From the NCBI RefSeq assembly GCF_004010195.1, contig NC_057750.1, forward strand, positions 2,672,112 to 2,736,111: a DNA stretch of 64,000 nucleotides, written 5' to 3'. A model generated the notes under the pieces. That model saw only the letters and a list, made by a program, of their open reading frames with translations. It had not been told where the DNA came from and made no database searches. A program made the position numbers and the translations under genes. Each line of letters begins with the position of its first letter. The first letter of the stretch is position 1. This document shows positions 40,448 through 51,657 of this stretch, piece after piece. The stretch comes from Chiloscyllium plagiosum. Lineage: Eukaryota.

Positions 40448-43400
40448 TTATAATAGGCCTTCAATGGTTAAGTGGCAGCGGGTCACGGTTCTTCGGGCTG
40501 CTCTTGACTCTGCACAGACAAGTGGCAAAGAAAGAGGTCTCCTTTGCTAAACAAAGTTTGTTTGAAATTAGAGATAACCAGGTAGATATCTAGCCTATCT
40601 GGCTAGGAAGAAAAGTGCCTTGCAATCCATTATATCTATCAGATAGAGGACTGGCACAGTTCCCAGGGTTGAAGAAGATCAATGCTAGATTTCAGGAATA
40701 CTTTGCAGAGTGATATCGGTCAAGAGTGCAGTCCTTTTTTGAGAACCTGGGCCTCCCCAGTATAAACGTGGAATGGGCCTCCTTGTTAAATGCACCTATG
40801 ACAATACAAGAGGTGCAGGAAGCAATAAAGCATCTCCAGGGTGGCAAAGCACCGGGGTCAGATCAATTCCCGAGTGAGTTTTATAAGGAATTCGTAAAAG
40901 TGTTGGCGGAGCCACTTTTGGGGATGTGCACTCATTCTTATACTCAGGGTTATCTGCCGCCCTCTCTTAGGGAGGCTAATATCTCCCTCATTTTAAAGAA
41001 GGGGAAAGACCCTGAAGAATGTGCTTCATACAGACCAATTTCATTGTCGAATGTGGATTTTAAAATTTCCAACCCTGAGGTTGGAAAAGGTATTGCCCGA
41101 TATTATAAAAGATGACCAGACTGGTTTTATCAAGGGCCGTAGCTCTTCCAAAAATATCAAGAAGGTACTCAACATAGTGTAGTTATGTACGTACCAGCAA
41201 AAATTGATCCCGGGTTTGGTGGTGTCCCTAAATGCAGAAAAGGTGTTTGACTGGATAGAATGGCTGTACATGATTGGGGGTCCTAGGGCACTTTGGTCTA
41301 GGGGGAGCCTTTGCTAGGTGGGTGGCGGTGTTGTACAGTGATCCTAAGATGGCAAACATTACAAATGGTACTAAGGCGGATAACTTTAGTATTGGGAGAG
41401 GCAGTTGACAGGGATGTCCTTTCTCACTGCTGTTATGCACCTTGGTAATTGAGCTGTTAGCCAACGCTATCAGGAGGGATCCTGAAATAGTAGCACCAAG
41501 GGTGGGAATGGGGGAGCACAAGATCGCTCTATACACTGACGATGGCCTTTTGTTTTTGGCCAATTTAGAGAAATCCATTCCTTAATTTATACAAATAATT
41601 TATTAATTTGGCAATTTTTCGGGGTACAAGATCAGCTTCACAAAATCAGAAGCCATGGGGAACGAGTGGAGGTGCCTGATCTGAAGGATGGAATGTAGTT
41701 TCCGTTTAGATGGTAGTCAAAAGTTTTTTTTGTATTTGGGAATTTTTATTACCCTTGCCTTCCACCAGCTGGATACAACTAACTATGTACAATTACTGGA
41801 GAGGATAAAACCGGGTTTGCAGTGGTGGGAGGGGTTACTGCTATTGTGGTTGGGCCGAATAGCCGTGATTAAAATGAATGTTCTTCCTCACCTGTTGTAC
41901 CTCATGTGAATGCTATCTAGATGAGTGTTACAAAGACTCAGTGGTTGGCTAGGGTCCTTTATTTGGTGTCGCAGGTGCCCCCTAATTAAATTTACTAAAT
42001 TGCACCTCCCGCAGGGTGAGGGAGGGGTTGACCTTCCGGACTTGAAGAGATATCAAACAAGTGACCTGTTAGCATATGTGGGTGACTGGGTATGGGGGGG
42101 GGGGCGGAGATTCGGAGTTGATTTGGCTTGACGTTGAAGCCTCTCAGTTGAGATGGCCCCTAGTTAATCTATTATTCATAGAGAAGATGAAATCCGTTAC
42201 TGAGCAGTGTAAGAGCCCAATCATTTTGAATACGATGAAAGCGTGGAGGATAATGAGGCAAGACTAGGGCAGTTGGCTTAAGACTTCCCCGTTTACCTCA
42301 TTGGTGGGAGCCCAAGGATTTAAACCTGGAGCAGTGGACTCCGGCTTTAAGTTATGGGAGAAAAAGGGAATCTCTTGTTTGGGAGATATATTCGAGGGGA
42401 GGTCTTGATGTTGTTTAATCAACTAAGTCAGAAATATAGATTGTATGGTAGGGACCTCTTCCGTTACTTTCAGATAAGGGATTATGTACAGAGGAAGACC
42501 ACGCTCCTGGCTTAGCCTACCAGTCAGACAGGGAGAAAAGAGTGCTCCAGTGCTCTTTTTTTGATTAGTACTTTATATCACTTACAGAAAGGGCGTGCCT
42601 TAGGAGATATGGAGAGACTCTTGGAATCGGGAACTAGGAGAGGATATTTCAATGGGAAAATGTAAAGCAAATCTCAATATGTAGGAAAGCGCAGGTCATG
42701 CAATTGAAGATTTTACATAGGGCTCTTATGGCACCAGAGAGGCTAGCTAAGTTCAAGAGAGGAGCGTCTCCAGGATGTCCCAAATGTAAAATTAATATAG
42801 GCACTCACACAGTTTTTGATCATGTTGCAAGATCCGGAGATACTGGAGTGCCATAGTAAGAGAGCTGAAGGAAATCCTGGGAATTGAAGTCAAGGTGGAG
42901 CCAATATTTCTTCTCCTGCTGGGGTTGCCAAACTTGCTCTCTCTGGGGGAACATAGAAAGAGATTACGTAACATTCTTACGCACTGTGCGAGGAAGAACA
43001 TTCTAATGAATTGGACATCGGAAAAACTCCCAGGTCTTATGGGATGGCACAGGTGGGTGATGGAGCATCTCCCCTAAGACGAGCTTACAAATATGGTGCA
43101 CCACAAAACAGAGCAGTTTTATAAGACATAGCAGCCCTTTCTACATTACTTAGACTCCGACTTATCGGCAATATTAACCAGGGCCATGGTACAGCCGTGG
43201 GAGTCAGATTGGTCAAATACTAATACAATGATTGGTGCTCCCAGGACTGAGCTTCAGCGGATGTGTGGTGAGTCAGACAGAATAAACTAATGTGATGTGA
43301 TTTAACTTGAATTCAACTTAATTTAACTTTTATTTAATTTGATTGTAGTTTAGTTTACATTAAGTAAATATGTTTGTTTTGGTAAAAAAGTAGGTCGTTT

Positions 43401-43776
43401 ATTATTAATAATTGTAATATGACACTCTTGTATTACCTCTATTCTTTTATGTTCTGGTCATTTTTAAAATATATATAGTTGTTTTTGGAAAAGACTTGAA
43501 AAAGTGTTTAATAAAAATTAAAAAACCGCCCATGTAACTCCAGGAACACAGTGTACCAGGGTAGTACTTTACCAGACTTGAGTTGTAAAGTTATAGTGTG
43601 ATAACAAAGGATTGGGTAATACATTTGAATGTCCTGTTTTTATTGTGGTGATAACAGTTGCTCTGTTTTTAGATAAAGCATTGCTTTGACCAGTTTGGTG
43701 GATCATTATCTAATCTTGCTGAATGCTTGCAATTGCTAACTGGGGAATAAGGAGAATGTAAAGCCAGTCACTATCT

Positions 43777-44466
43777 ATGATTTGGAGATGCCAGTGTTGG
43801 ACTGGAGTGTACAAAGTCCAAAGTAAAAATCACAACGCCAACAGGTTTAATTGGAAGCACTAGCTTTCGGAGCACTACTCCTTCATCAGATGGTTGTGGA
43901 GTACACCATTGTAAGACACAATTTATAGCAAAAGTTTACAGTGTGATGTAACTGAAATTATACATTGAAAAATACCTTGATAGTTTGTTGAGTCTCTCAT
44001 CTGTTAGAATGACGATGATCGTTTCACTTCTTTCATATGTAAATCACAAAACTTTTTTTAAACAGTTACATTCTCAGGTTTTTTTTAAACAGTTACATTC
44101 TCAGGTTAACTGTAACAATTGGTGTCAGCTAACAGAACACAGGGGGCCAACACCTTCAACATCTTATCTGGCTGACACCAATTGTTACAGTTAACCTGAG
44201 AATGTAACTGTTCAAAAAAAGTTTTGTGATTTACATATGAAAGAAGTGAAACGATCACGGTCATTCTAACAGATGAGAGACTCAACAAACAATCAAGGTA
44301 TTTTTCAATGTATAATTTCACTTACATCACACTGTAAACTTTTGCTATAAATTGTGTGTCCTAAAATTGTGTCCTCCACAACCACCTGATGAAGGAGCGG
44401 CGCTCTGAAAGCTAGTGCTTCCAATTAAACCTGTTGGACTATGACCTGGTGTTGTGATTTTTAACT
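43777..44466. mobile_element. Long fold-back PLE-derived element, family A
   Basis: Arms ~43823-44130 and ~44171-44464 around a ~40-nt spacer; hammerhead cores at 43861-43889 (-) and 44386-44414 (+); flanks AGTCACTAT / AGTCTCTAT. Confidence 0.92.
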
Positions 44467-44616
44467 AAGTCTCTATTTAGACTTTCTCGCAAATACAAGT
44501 TCCATCCTTTCCCACTCCCTTTTAATTCTATTTTATATTAGTGCACCATTTGTCAAATGGGTCATGACCAGTGTTGAGTTGATAAATATCTCAACAGTAG
44601 GAATGAGTCATTCCTT

Positions 44617-44747
44617 AGGTAAAAACAATGACTGCAGATGCTGGAAACCGGATTCTGGATTAGTGGTGCTGAAAGAGCACAGCAGTTCAGGCAGCATCCA
44701 AGGAGCAGCGAAATCGACGTTTTGGGCAAAAGCCCTTCATCAGGAAT
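44617..44747 (-). mobile_element. Family B-like PLE terminus, single arm
   Basis: TSD AGTCATTCCTT at 44606-44616 and 44748-44758; core with CGAAA>CAAAA. Confidence 0.85.
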
Positions 44748-44769
44748 AGTCATTCCTTGCAAAGACTAA

Positions 44770-45370
44770 ATAAACATAGAAAATGCTGGAACACTCAACA
44801 GGCTAGAAAATCTGTTCGGAGCACAATGTATTAATGCTCCCAGCTGATGACTGACCTTTCATCAGAACTGATAACTCCCTTGACTTCACTTTGCTCCACT
44901 CTGCCTCTTGTTAAGGGCACAGTAATTCTCTCAGTTCTGCTGAATGTGTCATGAAAGCAGATGGAGCAGTCTTCCATGCTAATGCTTCCAATACCTTTTT
45001 CCTCAAGGATTCTCCCCGTGGTTAACAAAGCCCCTTGATTGTCATTGTTCCAATTCCTGCACTTTCTGCTCTCTCCCCTTTTTCCTTCCACATCCTCTTG
45101 TTGACCCCTTCCACACTATCAGCTTCCATATTTAGTGGATTGACCTCTGCCAATTCCACTATCTGCAAACATTCAGAATCATTCTCCTACCCACAGACCT
45201 TCTGCATTCTAAAAGGGCCATTCCATCTGAACAGCCTGGATCATTGTTTAAACGCTACCTCCCCTTTCCATTAGCACCTCACCATTGCAAGTGCAGGAGA
45301 TGCAGCACTTCTTTTTAACCTCTTCCCTTTGTTATGTTTCCATCTCCTCAAATATGTCTTCTAGGTGAAT
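44770..45370 (+). mobile_element. Old decayed PLE (terminus plus ORF remnant)
   Basis: Family C-like terminus ending TTTCATCAGAAC, then C/T-rich coding remnant ending in a CKCRRCST Cys motif (~45286-45310). Confidence 0.45.
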
Positions 45371-45396
45371 CTGTGATTGACTGAGCTTTGATTTAG

Positions 45397-45539
45397 GGAG
45401 AAAGTGAGGTCTGCAGATGCTGGAGATCAGAGATGGAAATGTGTTGCTGGAAAAGCGCAGCAGGTCAGGCAGCATCTAGGGAACAGGAGAATCGACGTTT
45501 CGGGCATTAGCCCTTCTTCAGGAAGGGCTAATGATCAGT
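45397..45539 (-). mobile_element. Family B PLE terminus with intact hammerhead core (45494-45521)
   Basis: Minus strand CTGAAGA-A-GGGC-TAAT-GCCC-GAAA-C-GTC; 15-bp TSD TGAGCTTTGATTTAG at 45382-45396 and 45540-45554. Confidence 0.9.
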
Positions 45540-48140
45540 TGAGCTTTGATTTAGTACTGTCACTGCTCTTAATGCAAACTTGGGGCAGGAAATGTAGATT
45601 GGGAAGACTCCTTTGAGAACAATCCCATTTCATCCATAAGCCTTTGGGTTGCCTGTTGGTTAAATTCTATGTCATATTCCCCATCTAACCTCTGTTACTG
45701 ACCTTTGACACTGTTCCAATGCAATGCAACTGAATACCACTTTGGCACTTAGCTGAGTGCTCATTGAGAGATCACAATTGAGATTCTATTTTTATTTTCT
45801 TGCTGAGTTAACCAAAGTATCTGATGCAACAGTTGGCCAAGGAAAGGTGGTGAAACTAGCCTCTCTAAAACTGATTGATTGATTGCTATCTAGTGACTCC
45901 TTCTAGAATAGTAACATGCTGGATGCAGGGTCAGGGCAGTATCGTTCCCAGCTGTGGAAGCCCCTATCAGCAAATGGGATGGTGACTCCAGCTTTGCAAA
46001 TACAGAGATATTCACCACTATGCTGAAGCAATCTCACTCCAGCTTGAATAACAGCAGTTCTACAGTCAGGAAGGAATTAAAGATATTCCACACTCAAAAG
46101 GATTGGTAACCAGGAAACCTGGATCTAAGATATTTGGCAAGAAATCCAGAGCAAAATGAGTTTTTTTTTAAACACAAGTTTTTGTGATTTGAAACATTCT
46201 GCCCATAAGGACAGTGAAAACAAAGTCAGCAGTAGTGAGTTTCAGAGCTGACGAAGAAAGCTTTGAGGGGTTGTGGGGAAAGTGGGACTAATTGGAGGAG
46301 TTATCAATTTGGCTGAATAGTGTCCTAAATGATATCCGTATTTCCTGTTAATGTGTCTTGATTATGTTAATATCATGTCTTTAAATGTTTTTTCTAAAAA
46401 AACAGTCATTTGGCTGTTTATAGTAGGACAGTACTAAACCTCCCCAGCTTGCAAAACCCAATATTAATCTTCGAGTGGGATTCTATAGTTGGACTTGCTG
46501 AACAATCGCGAGTGCACAATTAACTACACTGATAAATTTTAAATGATCAGTTGAGCTGAAAGCAAGACTTATTTAGGCCTGCTTTAAAAAAAAAGTCATT
46601 GATTCAAATATCATTGTTCTTGCATAAAGAAAGTGCTAAGTTTAAGCCTGGTGCCTTTTTTGAATCACCTGAGATCAAGTTGCTTTTTCAGTAGCTTGTG
46701 ATCTTGCCAGTCCCAATATGAATAGTTTAAAATTTAGTACAGTTGTGTTTGCCCTGATGCATTAAGTCAGAAGGTTATGGTAACTGTTATTGAGAGCATC
46801 CTACAGCTATCTTGTCCTTTACTCACCAACCCAAACGCTTGCCCGACCCTAAGTCTTCCCCAAATTCTTCCTTACCCTTGCACTAATTTAAGCTCTTCCT
46901 TTTTAATTACTAATTTTTGTTGTTGCATCCCTTTTTCCCAAGAAAAATCTAAATGATTCCAATTTAAGTTCTGCATTCCTCAACAAACAAAGTACAAATT
47001 AGTCTACATTCAGCCTGCCTCCTCCCAATAGTTTTCCTCTGCAACCTCCTCAAATGTGTTGTCATCTTCCAAATCTCTCCCCATTTTTCACACTGCCCCA
47101 TATTTGAACCTCCCTTATGATCCTGAGTCTGCCCACTTCACAGTATTTTTCTACGTTGGATCTGTCATTCCCAGCATGGCCTCTGTTTCTTTTGCCGTTT
47201 CTCTCTTTGACCACTCTCACTCAACTAACCCTCTCCAGCCACCCTACCCAATATTCCTGATTGCTATCTCAACCTGTCCTACCAATCTTGCTTGTTCTCT
47301 CTATCCAAATCCACACTATGATCCACTTGTGTCTACCCTAGTTTCTTGCCATCTTTCAATCTGTCCTGGCTGTGTGCTGCTTATAGTCAAATAGCCAGCT
47401 GATGTTCACTGTTTGGGTTTAGTTACCATTTGAGCAGAATGCTTCATGATGTCCACAACACTCTGGCTGTCAACATACATTCACTGCCTTGAGAAATGAA
47501 GAGATGTAACAAGGAAGAGCCCATTACAAATGCTTTTGGGCAGCAGTGGAGTTAGGTTTGTGTTAGTGGAGTCATTTGTTTCAAATTTATGATTCAACAT
47601 TTTATTGTAATCATTTCTTGAGTATGTATAACACACTCAGCATATACACCATTAAGTATATGCATTCAGTGTGGGCTAGGAGCCAAGGCTGTATTAAAGC
47701 ACTCCTAAACTATCTTGTGATTTTTCTGGCGTGGTAGTGGATTTGCAATGGATTTTATACATAAGCAGTGTGATGGAAATTAGCTATGTTGTAAAGGAAA
47801 AGTTAAAGAAAGCAAAAGACAATGAAAATGTGTCCATCTGTTGACCAGCTAATAATGAAGCACAACCTGTAGAATTATTCCATGCTCATACCCAGGAACC
47901 TATGCTTTGGAGACAAAAGGAACATGTCCTGGCATTGTATTTTTTGAATTACATAAAAGTCTAGATGGGCAATAGTTTTGTTATACATTGCTCATGGCAA
48001 CACATTAACAACTGGTTAACCAGTCAGTAACCTTTAATATTCAGGATAAATCACTTCACCTGTTGAAGTTTGACATTCTTGCATCTGTCCTGATGAAAGA
48101 AAAAGATTCATTTGAAATACTGATCAGCTATAAAATTCTT

Positions 48141-48421
48141 TAATAGAATCTCTACATTGGCCCATCCAGTCCACACTGACCTTCCAAATAGCATTCCGCT
48201 TTATCCTTGTAACCCTGCATTTTCCATGGCTAAGCCACCTAGTCTGCACATCCCTGTACACTATGGGCAATTTCCCATGGCTAATCCACCCTAACCTGCA
48301 CACCTTTGGACTGTGGAAGGAAACCAGAGCACCCGGGGGAAACCCACGCAGACACAATGTGCAAACTGCACACAAACTGTAGGCCGAAGCTGGACTCACC
48401 AGTGAGTCACTGTGCTCCCCC
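48141..48421 (-). mobile_element. HE1-type SINE
   Basis: Same body as the other copies (GGACTGTGG...GAAACCCACGCAGACAC); head partly deleted. Confidence 0.85.
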
Positions 48422-48834
48422 CGACTTCCTTTCATAAGTGTAGGAGGTGTCCATTCATCCCTCAGTCTGCATTGACATTCGGTCTGATCGTGGCTAAACT
48501 GTTTAATCGCATTAGACAATAAGAATTGGTCTCCAGTCTTTGCCAGAGAGAATTCCGGATTTCTGTGATCTTTGGTGTGGAAGACCCATGTCCAAATGTT
48601 TTTGCTCCTGGATGGCTCAAGTATAATTGGAAGATTATATCTCTGATTGCTTGCCAGAGATTATTGTTTCTCTTTACTTGTCTTATTGAATCTGTTAAAA
48701 ATAGCCTCAATCCGATACTATTTATTCAAGGGAATGCATGTCAAATTTATGCACCCTTACCTCATATTTATGCCTTATGACTGTTGTACAATTCTGACAA
48801 AGCTGTGCTGCACCCTGTCCAAGGCCAATAAATA

Positions 48835-49620
48835 ACAATAAAAACAGAAAACGCTGAAAAGAACTCTCTGGTTAGGCAGCATCCGTGTAGAGAGAGAGAG
48901 AGATAGTGGGTGTTTAATCTGCAACTTTTTATTAGAACTGGGAAAGGTTAGACATACAATAGGTTTTGAGCAAGGGAGGGGTACGACATGGGAAGAAGGA
49001 AGATCTTTGATAGATGAATAATGGGAGAGACAGAGCCAAAGAGAATGGAGATGGGACAAGAAAGGAAGCAAAACATGCCAAAGAGGGTGCACTGCCAATT
49101 GAAAGGAAATAATCCGAAACAGCAGAAAGGTGAGGGTAACTACCACTGACATCAAGGCTGCATTTGATAGTGTGGGGCATCAAGGAGCCCTACCAAAATC
49201 AGAGGCCTTGGAAATTGGTGGAGGAAGATGATTGTAGTTGTTGGAGGTCAGTCATCCCAGCTGTAGGACCTCTCTGCAGGGTCTCCTCAGAGTAGTGTCC
49301 TAGACCCAATGATGGTTAGCTGCTTCATCTTTCCTTCTCTTTAAAATCTGAAGTGGGGATGAACATTGTGCAATTACCAATGTTTGTGCTCCTCCGATAC
49401 TGAAGCAGTCCATGCACAAAAATAGCAAGACAAGGAAGAGAGCATTATATTCAGAATTTGTTGAATTCGGTGAGTCCAGGAGGGTGCGAAGATGAAAGAT
49501 TAGGTACTGTTCTTGAAGCTTGCATTGATCCTCACTGGAAAAGTGCAGTAAGCAGAAGAGGCAAACATCAGTATGAGAAGGCTGAGATCTAAAGTGACTG
49601 ACCAGCCCCATGGTCTCTGT
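48835..49620 (-). mobile_element. Old PLE 3' region with an interposed CR1/L2 RT fragment (~49230-49440, +)
   Basis: Minus strand CKLQEQYLIFHLRTL (~49480-49525), family C-like terminus at 48835-48940; PQSSVLDP motif in the insert. Confidence 0.55.
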
Positions 49621-49680
49621 TGAGGTATGGTGACCAAAACCTAAATGGTACTCTACTGTCGGACTATGGCTGTGTTTACA

Positions 49681-50002
49681 AAGGAACCTCGATATCCGAA
49701 CGAGATGGGTGGGCACTATTTCGTTCGTATAACTGATTATTTGGTTAATTGATTCAATGCCTTTCCTCTGGGGCTTGGAGTTTTCTATTAAGTTGAACAT
49801 AGAACATAGAACAATACAGCACAGAACAGGCCCTTCGGCCCAAGGAACCTCGATATCCGAACGAGATGGGTGGGCACTATTTCGTTCGTATAACTGATTA
49901 TTTGGTTAATTGATTCAATGCCTTTCCTCTGGGGCTTGGAGTTTTCTATTAAGTTGAACATAGAACATAGAACAATACAGCACAGAACAGGCCCTTCGGC
50001 CC
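49681..50002. repeat. Exact 161-bp tandem duplication
   Basis: 49681-49841 is repeated at 49842-50002. Confidence 0.9.
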
Positions 50003-51657
50003 ACAATGTTGTGCCGAACATTTGTCCTAGCTTAAGCACCCATCCATGTACCTATCCAATTGCCGCTTAAAGGTCACCAAAGATTCTGACTCTACCGCTC
50101 CCACAGGCTGCGCATTCCATGCCCCCACCACTCTCTCGGTAAAGAGTGAAGGGGGATAAACTGAGAGAGGATAGAAAGGGGAGCGACTGACTGAGCGGGA
50201 GATGAAGAGATGTTAGATGAGGGTGAAGTTAGATAGATCAGAAGACCGCATTAGAGTTGATCAGTATGCACAGACAGAAGTTAGAAGTTTTATTTAGAAT
50301 TTCCTCTGGACTGCAAGCCTTTTGTCTAGGCGCCATATCCTGTGAGCACAATGATGATACTGGCTGTCATCCCAGATCATTTATTTTCAATACTGCCACA
50401 GAGTTGTTTATTGACAGCTAAACAGAACCCATTAGGCCAATAGATTGGTTTCATGGAGAAAGCTGAATTTCCAAGCGCAGCAGGAAATGATAACTACCCA
50501 CGATATTGTGTGAGAAGCTGGGCCAGAGAATCTCAGTGAGAGGGATCACTGACAGAGGGGAAATCATCATCTCAGCTGTGGGTCAAATAATGATTGATAA
50601 AGTTTACACACCACTTCCCTAGTTTTGTAATCCACATTTCAATTTATATAGCTCAGTTTCAGGAGTGCATTTTAAGAACCTTATCTCTTTATACTTTGCA
50701 TATATTGGTATNNNNNNNNNNNNNNNNNNNNNNNNNNNNNNNNNNNNNNNNNNNNNNNNNNNNNNNNNNNNNNNNNNNNNNNNNNNNNNNNNNNNNNNNN
50801 NNNNNNNNNNNNNNNNNNNNNNNNNNNNNNNNNNNNNNNNNNNNNNNNNNNNNNNNNNNNNNNNNNNNNNNNNNNNNNNNNNNNNNNNNNNNNNNNNNNN
50901 NNNNNNNNNNNNNNNNNNNNNNNNNNNNNNNNNNNNNNNNNNNNNNNNNNNNNNNNNNNNNNNNNNNNNNNNNNNNNNNNNNNNNNNNNNNNNNNNNNNN
51001 NNNNNNNNNNNNNNNNNNNNNNNNNNNNNNNNNNNNNNNNNNNNNNNNNNNNNNNNNNNNNNNNNNNNNNNNNNNNNNNNNNNNNNNNNNNNNNNNNNNN
51101 NNNNNNNNNNNNNNNNNNNNNNNNNNNNNNNNNNNNNNNNNNNNNNNNNNNNNNNNNNNNNNNNNNNNNNNNNNNNNNNNNNNNNNNNNNNNNNNNNNNN
51201 NNNNNNNNNNNNNNNNNNNNNNNNNNNNNNNNNNNNNNNNNNNNNNNNNNNNNNNNNNNNNNNNNNNNNNNNNNNNNNNNNNNNNNNNNNNNNNNNNNNN
51301 NNNNNNNNNNNNNNNNNNNNNNNNNNNNNNNNNNNNNNNNGTAAATACTGAAGAAAAGTACTCATTCAAGACCTCTCCTATCTCTTCCGACTCAATACAC
51401 AGTCTCCCACTACTGTCCTTGATCGGACCTACCCTCGTTCTCGTCATTCTCATGTTTCTCACATACGCATAAAATGCCTTGGGGTTATCCTTGATCCTAT
51501 CCACCAAAGATTTTTCATGCCCTCTCTTAGCTCTCCTAATCCCTTTCTTCAGGTCCCTTCTGGCTATCCTGTATCCCTCCACTGCTCTGTCTGAGCCCTG
51601 TTTCCTCAACCTTATGTAAGCCGCCTCCTTCCTCTTTACAAGACATTCAACCTCCCT
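49955..51657 (-). mobile_element. Young CR1 LINE pieces flanking the gap
   Basis: (AGAACAT)n tail and 3' end at 49955-50145; 51341-51657 gives an open frame RIKDNPKAFYAYVRN...VLNEYFSSVF. Confidence 0.8.
50712..51340. other. Assembly gap (629 N)
   Basis: Run of N. Confidence 1.

Larger units (their letters stand above)
39107..43150 (+). pseudogene. L1 ORF2 remnant (APE endonuclease, RT, Cys-rich tail)
   Basis: TWNVKG, LLQETHL, GGDFN, SDHAP, KAPGSD, SYRPISL, QGCP, YTDD (41532-41543), YLGI, CPKC (~42775); frameshifted and carrying two PLE insertions. Confidence 0.92.
37502..43525 (+). mobile_element. Full-length decayed L1-clade LINE
   Basis: 5' CCAAGATAGCGG (AAGATGGCG-like), ORF1 remnant, ORF2 remnant, AATAAA at 43510-43515 and short A tail; degenerate flanking duplication AAAACACTCATGT / AAAACCGCCCATGT. 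Confidence 0.92.

Noticed and set aside
43823..44464. CRISPR-like or prokaryotic system
   Set aside because: No repeat-spacer array, operon or intact prokaryote-like ORFs anywhere; context is a vertebrate intron.
50594..51609. Longest ORFs in the track (228-306 aa)
   Set aside because: Artefacts of reading through the N gap; the real part is CR1 ORF2.
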